Assembly: GCA_038245295.1 (NCBI GenBank)
Contig: JBBRSP010000023.1
Location: 1 to 64,000 of the forward strand
From: Candidatus Binatia bacterium
GTDB lineage: Bacteria; Desulfobacterota; Binatia; HRBIN30
Reading direction: 5' to 3'
DNA length: 64,000 nt
The position numbers and the translations under genes were made by a program. The notes under the pieces are model-generated. The model saw only the letters and a program-made list of their open reading frames with translations. It did no database searches and had not been told where the DNA came from. This document shows, piece by piece, positions 60,568 to 64,000 of the stretch (the first letter of the stretch is position 1; the number at the start of each line of letters is the position of its first letter).

Positions 60568-61029
60568 TCAATGCTCTGGGGCGGGCAGCGATGAGACGGG
60601 TTCGTCGAGTTGTAAGATGACGCGCACCGAGTCGTCCGCCTCGCTGAGCCAGACGTAGCCGATGGCGTTCACATCGGCGGCAACATAACGCTTTACCGCA
60701 TCGCTCGATGACAAAGTCATCGGCGGGAAGGAGCCGTGGAAATATTGGTCGTTCCAATAGTCGGCGAACGTCGGGCTGCCACCGCCGAGGACACGACGCG
60801 AGAACGTCTCGCGTGGGATACTTCCCGCCTCGCGGTTGATCGGCACGACAGGGGTGCCATCCTCCCAAAAGCGCCGTTTCTTGAGGTAGACGTTGCTCAG
60901 GTCATGGACTGTCAGCGCAGCGCGACGATCGCGGTGGATGATGACGGCGATCGTCGAATCGGCCGCCGGTGCCGATGTCGCGAGGACGGCACTGATCAGG
61001 AGACTAGCGATGGCGGCAAGTCGGCGCAT
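60568..61029 (-). CDS. Small periplasmic binding-protein-like protein
   Basis: Signal peptide; IAVIIH...YL....W.DG...P, AIGYV. Confidence 0.8.
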   Translation of the reverse strand: MRRLAAIASLLISAVLATSAPAADSTIAVIIHRDRRAALTVHDLSNVYLKKRRFWEDGTPVVPINREAGSIPRETFSRRVLGGGSPTFADYWNDQYFHGSFPPMTLSSSDAVKRYVAADVNAIGYVWLSEADDSVRVILQLDEPVSSLPAPEH

Positions 61030-61030
61030 A

Positions 61031-62164
61031 TCAAAACAGGATGGCAAACGACGCCTTGACGCCGGGCGGCGACTCGTCGGCGCGGTGGTCGGCCAGCAGA
61101 TACTCACCCTTCACCACGACATACGGAACCGGTTTGTACGCCAGTCCTAGAATGAAAAGGTTTACCTCGGGTTGCGGCGCGCGCTGATCGAAGTGCTCGT
61201 AGCGGCCGACGAGATGCAAATGCGGGCACACTTCGAGCGCACTCTGGAGGTAGAGCCCCCATTGGTTGCCGATCCCCGATGGCGCACCGACGTAGGCGAA
61301 CTCACCCATGAGCTCGAGCGGACCATGCTGCCAGGCCATGTCGAGCCCGCCGAGATGCTGCCACTGCCCCGTGTCGGTGAAGCTGAAATAGGACGCGCCG
61401 ACGCTGGCGCCACGATCGCTGCCGTACTCGAGGCGGGCGCCGACGCTGTGGTCGGCTGGTTGAGGCACATGCGACTCGGCGGCGATCGGATTGAGGAACT
61501 GACCATAGAGTGTGTAGGTCAGGCTGCCGACCGCAGGGAAGAACGAGCCAAACAACATGGCACCGTTGCTTTGCTTGGCGAACGCCAGGGAGGTGACCAG
61601 GGGGCGCGAGGTGGTCCACACCAAGGGCTGCGCGTGGATGACGTTCCACCGGCCGACCGGTGTCAGGAACTGACCGAAGCGCACGTTGAGGTTGTCGGAG
61701 GCAGCGAAATCGCCATACAGGCGCTCGACCACGAAGGTTTTCTCGTTGGTGCCGCCATGGCCGTGATCATCGACGAGGAAGAGGTCTTCGACCTCTTGCT
61801 CCGTGAACAGGTGGAAACGCGGCGTCGGATCCCACACGAGGAAGAAACTAAGATCGTCGAGGCCGAGACGCGCCGGGCCGCCTTCATCACGCTCCAAATT
61901 GAGATTGGAATAACCACCCAGGCTGAACCCCGTATCACCAAGGTGCAGTCCGCGGCCCGGCGTGTAGGCGAGGGCGGCGACCGGCGCGGAAACAGATACC
62001 GGCGCTGCCGCGACGATATCGAGGTCGCTGTCCTGGTCCGGCACATCACGCGCGGCGCTTGCCCGGGAGCCGAGGAGAATCGTCGCGACAATCGCAAGGA
62101 TGAGAATGCGGCCGGCTCCCGTGTACAGACTCGCAGTAGCAGTGGAGTGGCGCGTGCCTTGCAT
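61031..62164 (-). CDS. Outer-membrane beta-barrel (porin-like)
   Basis: Signal peptide, GQFLTPVGRWN..H, alternating beta strands, C-terminal Phe. Confidence 0.8.
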   Translation of the reverse strand: MQGTRHSTATASLYTGAGRILILAIVATILLGSRASAARDVPDQDSDLDIVAAAPVSVSAPVAALAYTPGRGLHLGDTGFSLGGYSNLNLERDEGGPARLGLDDLSFFLVWDPTPRFHLFTEQEVEDLFLVDDHGHGGTNEKTFVVERLYGDFAASDNLNVRFGQFLTPVGRWNVIHAQPLVWTTSRPLVTSLAFAKQSNGAMLFGSFFPAVGSLTYTLYGQFLNPIAAESHVPQPADHSVGARLEYGSDRGASVGASYFSFTDTGQWQHLGGLDMAWQHGPLELMGEFAYVGAPSGIGNQWGLYLQSALEVCPHLHLVGRYEHFDQRAPQPEVNLFILGLAYKPVPYVVVKGEYLLADHRADESPPGVKASFAILF

Positions 62165-62211
62165 AGTAGTGAAGAGGTCGTGACACTACGCAAGCACCGG
62201 GATCGCCGCAA

Positions 62212-64000
62212 GTGAAAAGTCTTCGCCGTCTATTTTCGTCGCTCCGCGCCAAGCTCCTCCTCTTTTCGTTGCTCCTCGTGGTGGTGCCCGGCGCACTGTT
62301 CGCGATTGTCGCGACCGTGAGTGCGCGCCACGCGTTGGAGAATGCGGTCGGGCGCCAACTCGCCGAGGTGGCGCATGATGCCGCCGCCGAGCTGGCGGAG
62401 TTGCTGGTGCGTGAGCGTGCCACCCTGGCGACGTGGGCGCGTCAGGACCTGATGCGTGAGATCGTCGTTGGGGATGTCGACAAGCGTATCGCGCGGTTCC
62501 TTACGGCGCTTCAGGGAACCGAAACCGGGTACCTCGAGCTGCTGTGCACCGACGCCGGCGGCCGCGTCGTCGCCGCCACCGATCCACAACGCGTTGGTCA
62601 GAGTTACGTCGACGAGGAATGGTATCTGCGGGCCCTGCAGGGGCAGGAGTTTCTCGCCGGGCCGTTTCCGCAGGGCGTCGATACGTCATCGGTGCTGTAC
62701 ATTGCGGCGCCGATCTACGATCCGGAGACGCCGAACGTCGTTCTGGGAGCTCTCCTTGGCACCTACGATTGGGGCCGCGCCGTGGCCCTCGCCGAGCGTC
62801 TGCGCAAGAGTTCGGCGACGCTCAAACTGACCGTCGATGTGCTCATTCTCGACGGCGACGGCGCGGTGATCGTCGAGACCCGCGGTGACACGTTCCCGAC
62901 ACGTCGGGGGCAGAACCTACGCCTGGCGGGATGGCTGGCGGCACAGTCACCGACGCCGCACTTGCGTCCACGGTTTGTCTACGAACCGCAAGCGCAGGCT
63001 CTGGTAGGCTTCGCCTCGCTGAAGGCTCCGGAGCCGCACTGGCGGGCTTTGGTGCTGCAGCCGCTGCATGAGGCGCTGGCGCCGGTCTATCAGCTGCGTC
63101 GCCGCCTGCTGCTGCTCCTGGCCGCCGTCCTGCTCGCCGGTGTTGGTGTCGCGGTGCTGCTTGCCGAGCGCGTCACTCGGCCGGTGCGCGAGTTGACGCG
63201 GGCGACGCAGGACATCGCCCGCGTCGGACAGGCCCGTCGACCCGTCAGCGTGCGCTCGCATGACGAAATCGGTCAACTGGCACACGCGTTCAACACGATG
63301 GGACGTCAGCTCAAGCGGGCCAACGACGACTTGCTCGAGGCGGCCAAGTTCGCCTTTGTCGGCGAGGTGGCCGCCGGCATCGCTCACGAGGTGCGCACGC
63401 CGCTTGGGATCCTGCGCAGCTCGGCACAACTCCTTGGTCGTTCGCTGCCCGCCGATCGTGCCGACAGCGCCGAGCTCGTCGAGATGATCATCAGTGAAGC
63501 CGACCGCCTGGACGGCGTGGTCGCCGGCTTGCTCGAGCTGGCGCGACCGCGGCAGCCGCTGATCGAAGCAACGCCTCTTGCTACCGTCTTGAATCGAGCT
63601 CTCGACTTCGTCGAGGCGCGGGCCCGGGAGAAGGAGATCCACATCGAGCGCCAGCTCGCGACGGTGCAATCTCCCGCCCGGTGCGATCCCGATCAAATCT
63701 ACCAGGTAGCTCTCAACCTGATCATTAACGCCCTGCAGATACTGCCGCGCGGCGGACACATCACGGTGCGCACCCTGCCGCCCCATGGTGGGCGAGTCGG
63801 CTTTGCGGTCAGTGACGATGGCCCCGGCATTGCCAAGGAAATGCACGAACGCGTCTTCGCGCCGTTCTTCACTATGCGTGAAGGTGGTACCGGCCTGGGG
63901 CTGGCGCTAGTGCAGCGCATCGTGCACGCCCACCAGGGCCTCATCTCGCTGGAAAGTGAGTTGGGGCACGGCACGACCTTTACCGTTGAACTTCCGGAAG
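62212..64000 (+). CDS. Sensor histidine kinase (Cache-like sensor, HAMP, HisKA, HATPase), runs off the window end
   Basis: Not in the ORF track; hand translation from GTG 62212 gives two TMs, DEIGQLA..FN.M, AHEVRTPL, NLIINA, DDGPG, GTGLGL. Confidence 0.93.
   Translation, partial: MKSLRRLFSSLRAKLLLFSLLLVVVPGALFAIVATVSARHALENAVGRQLAEVAHDAAAELAELLVRERATLATWARQDLMREIVVGDVDKRIARFLTALQGTETGYLELLCTDAGGRVVAATDPQRVGQSYVDEEWYLRALQGQEFLAGPFPQGVDTSSVLYIAAPIYDPETPNVVLGALLGTYDWGRAVALAERLRKSSATLKLTVDVLILDGDGAVIVETRGDTFPTRRGQNLRLAGWLAAQSPTPHLRPRFVYEPQAQALVGFASLKAPEPHWRALVLQPLHEALAPVYQLRRRLLLLLAAVLLAGVGVAVLLAERVTRPVRELTRATQDIARVGQARRPVSVRSHDEIGQLAHAFNTMGRQLKRANDDLLEAAKFAFVGEVAAGIAHEVRTPLGILRSSAQLLGRSLPADRADSAELVEMIISEADRLDGVVAGLLELARPRQPLIEATPLATVLNRALDFVEARAREKEIHIERQLATVQSPARCDPDQIYQVALNLIINALQILPRGGHITVRTLPPHGGRVGFAVSDDGPGIAKEMHERVFAPFFTMREGGTGLGLALVQRIVHAHQGLISLESELGHGTTFTVELPE

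Noticed and set aside
62947..63846. 299-aa minus-strand ORF
   Set aside because: Antisense to the histidine kinase that runs off the window end

Overview
GC-rich bacterial chromosome segment. The gene content (Pro/Thr-rich secreted proteins, cohesin/dockerin-like modules, many CoA-lipid catabolic enzymes, hopanoid genes) resembles Binatia/deltaproteobacteria-like soil bacteria; this is inference only. 1-9.6 kb is a scrambled Rhs/YD polymorphic-toxin locus. It holds two toxin-immunity cassettes, a truncated N-terminus of a giant secreted protein and a 420-bp duplication, and a recurring CGTCCC-N3-TGCG motif sits at the gene breakpoints. It is followed by ugd/uxs/galE-like genes, lepA, an FG-GAP-dockerin protein, a Gld-like ABC system, an ECF sigma/ChrR-like pair, acyl-CoA catabolic genes and two paralogous cohesin-like surface proteins. 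39.4-50.8 kb is a nine-gene operon joining the lower mevalonate pathway to hopanoid synthesis, with an HpnC-HpnD fusion; a shared palindromic operator occurs on both sides of it. The end of the window has hydrolases, a GH44-dockerin-cohesin enzyme, a diheme cytochrome c and a porin/periplasmic protein/histidine kinase module. No rRNA, tRNA, CRISPR array or transposase was recognised. All family assignments come from motif recognition by eye, not database searches.
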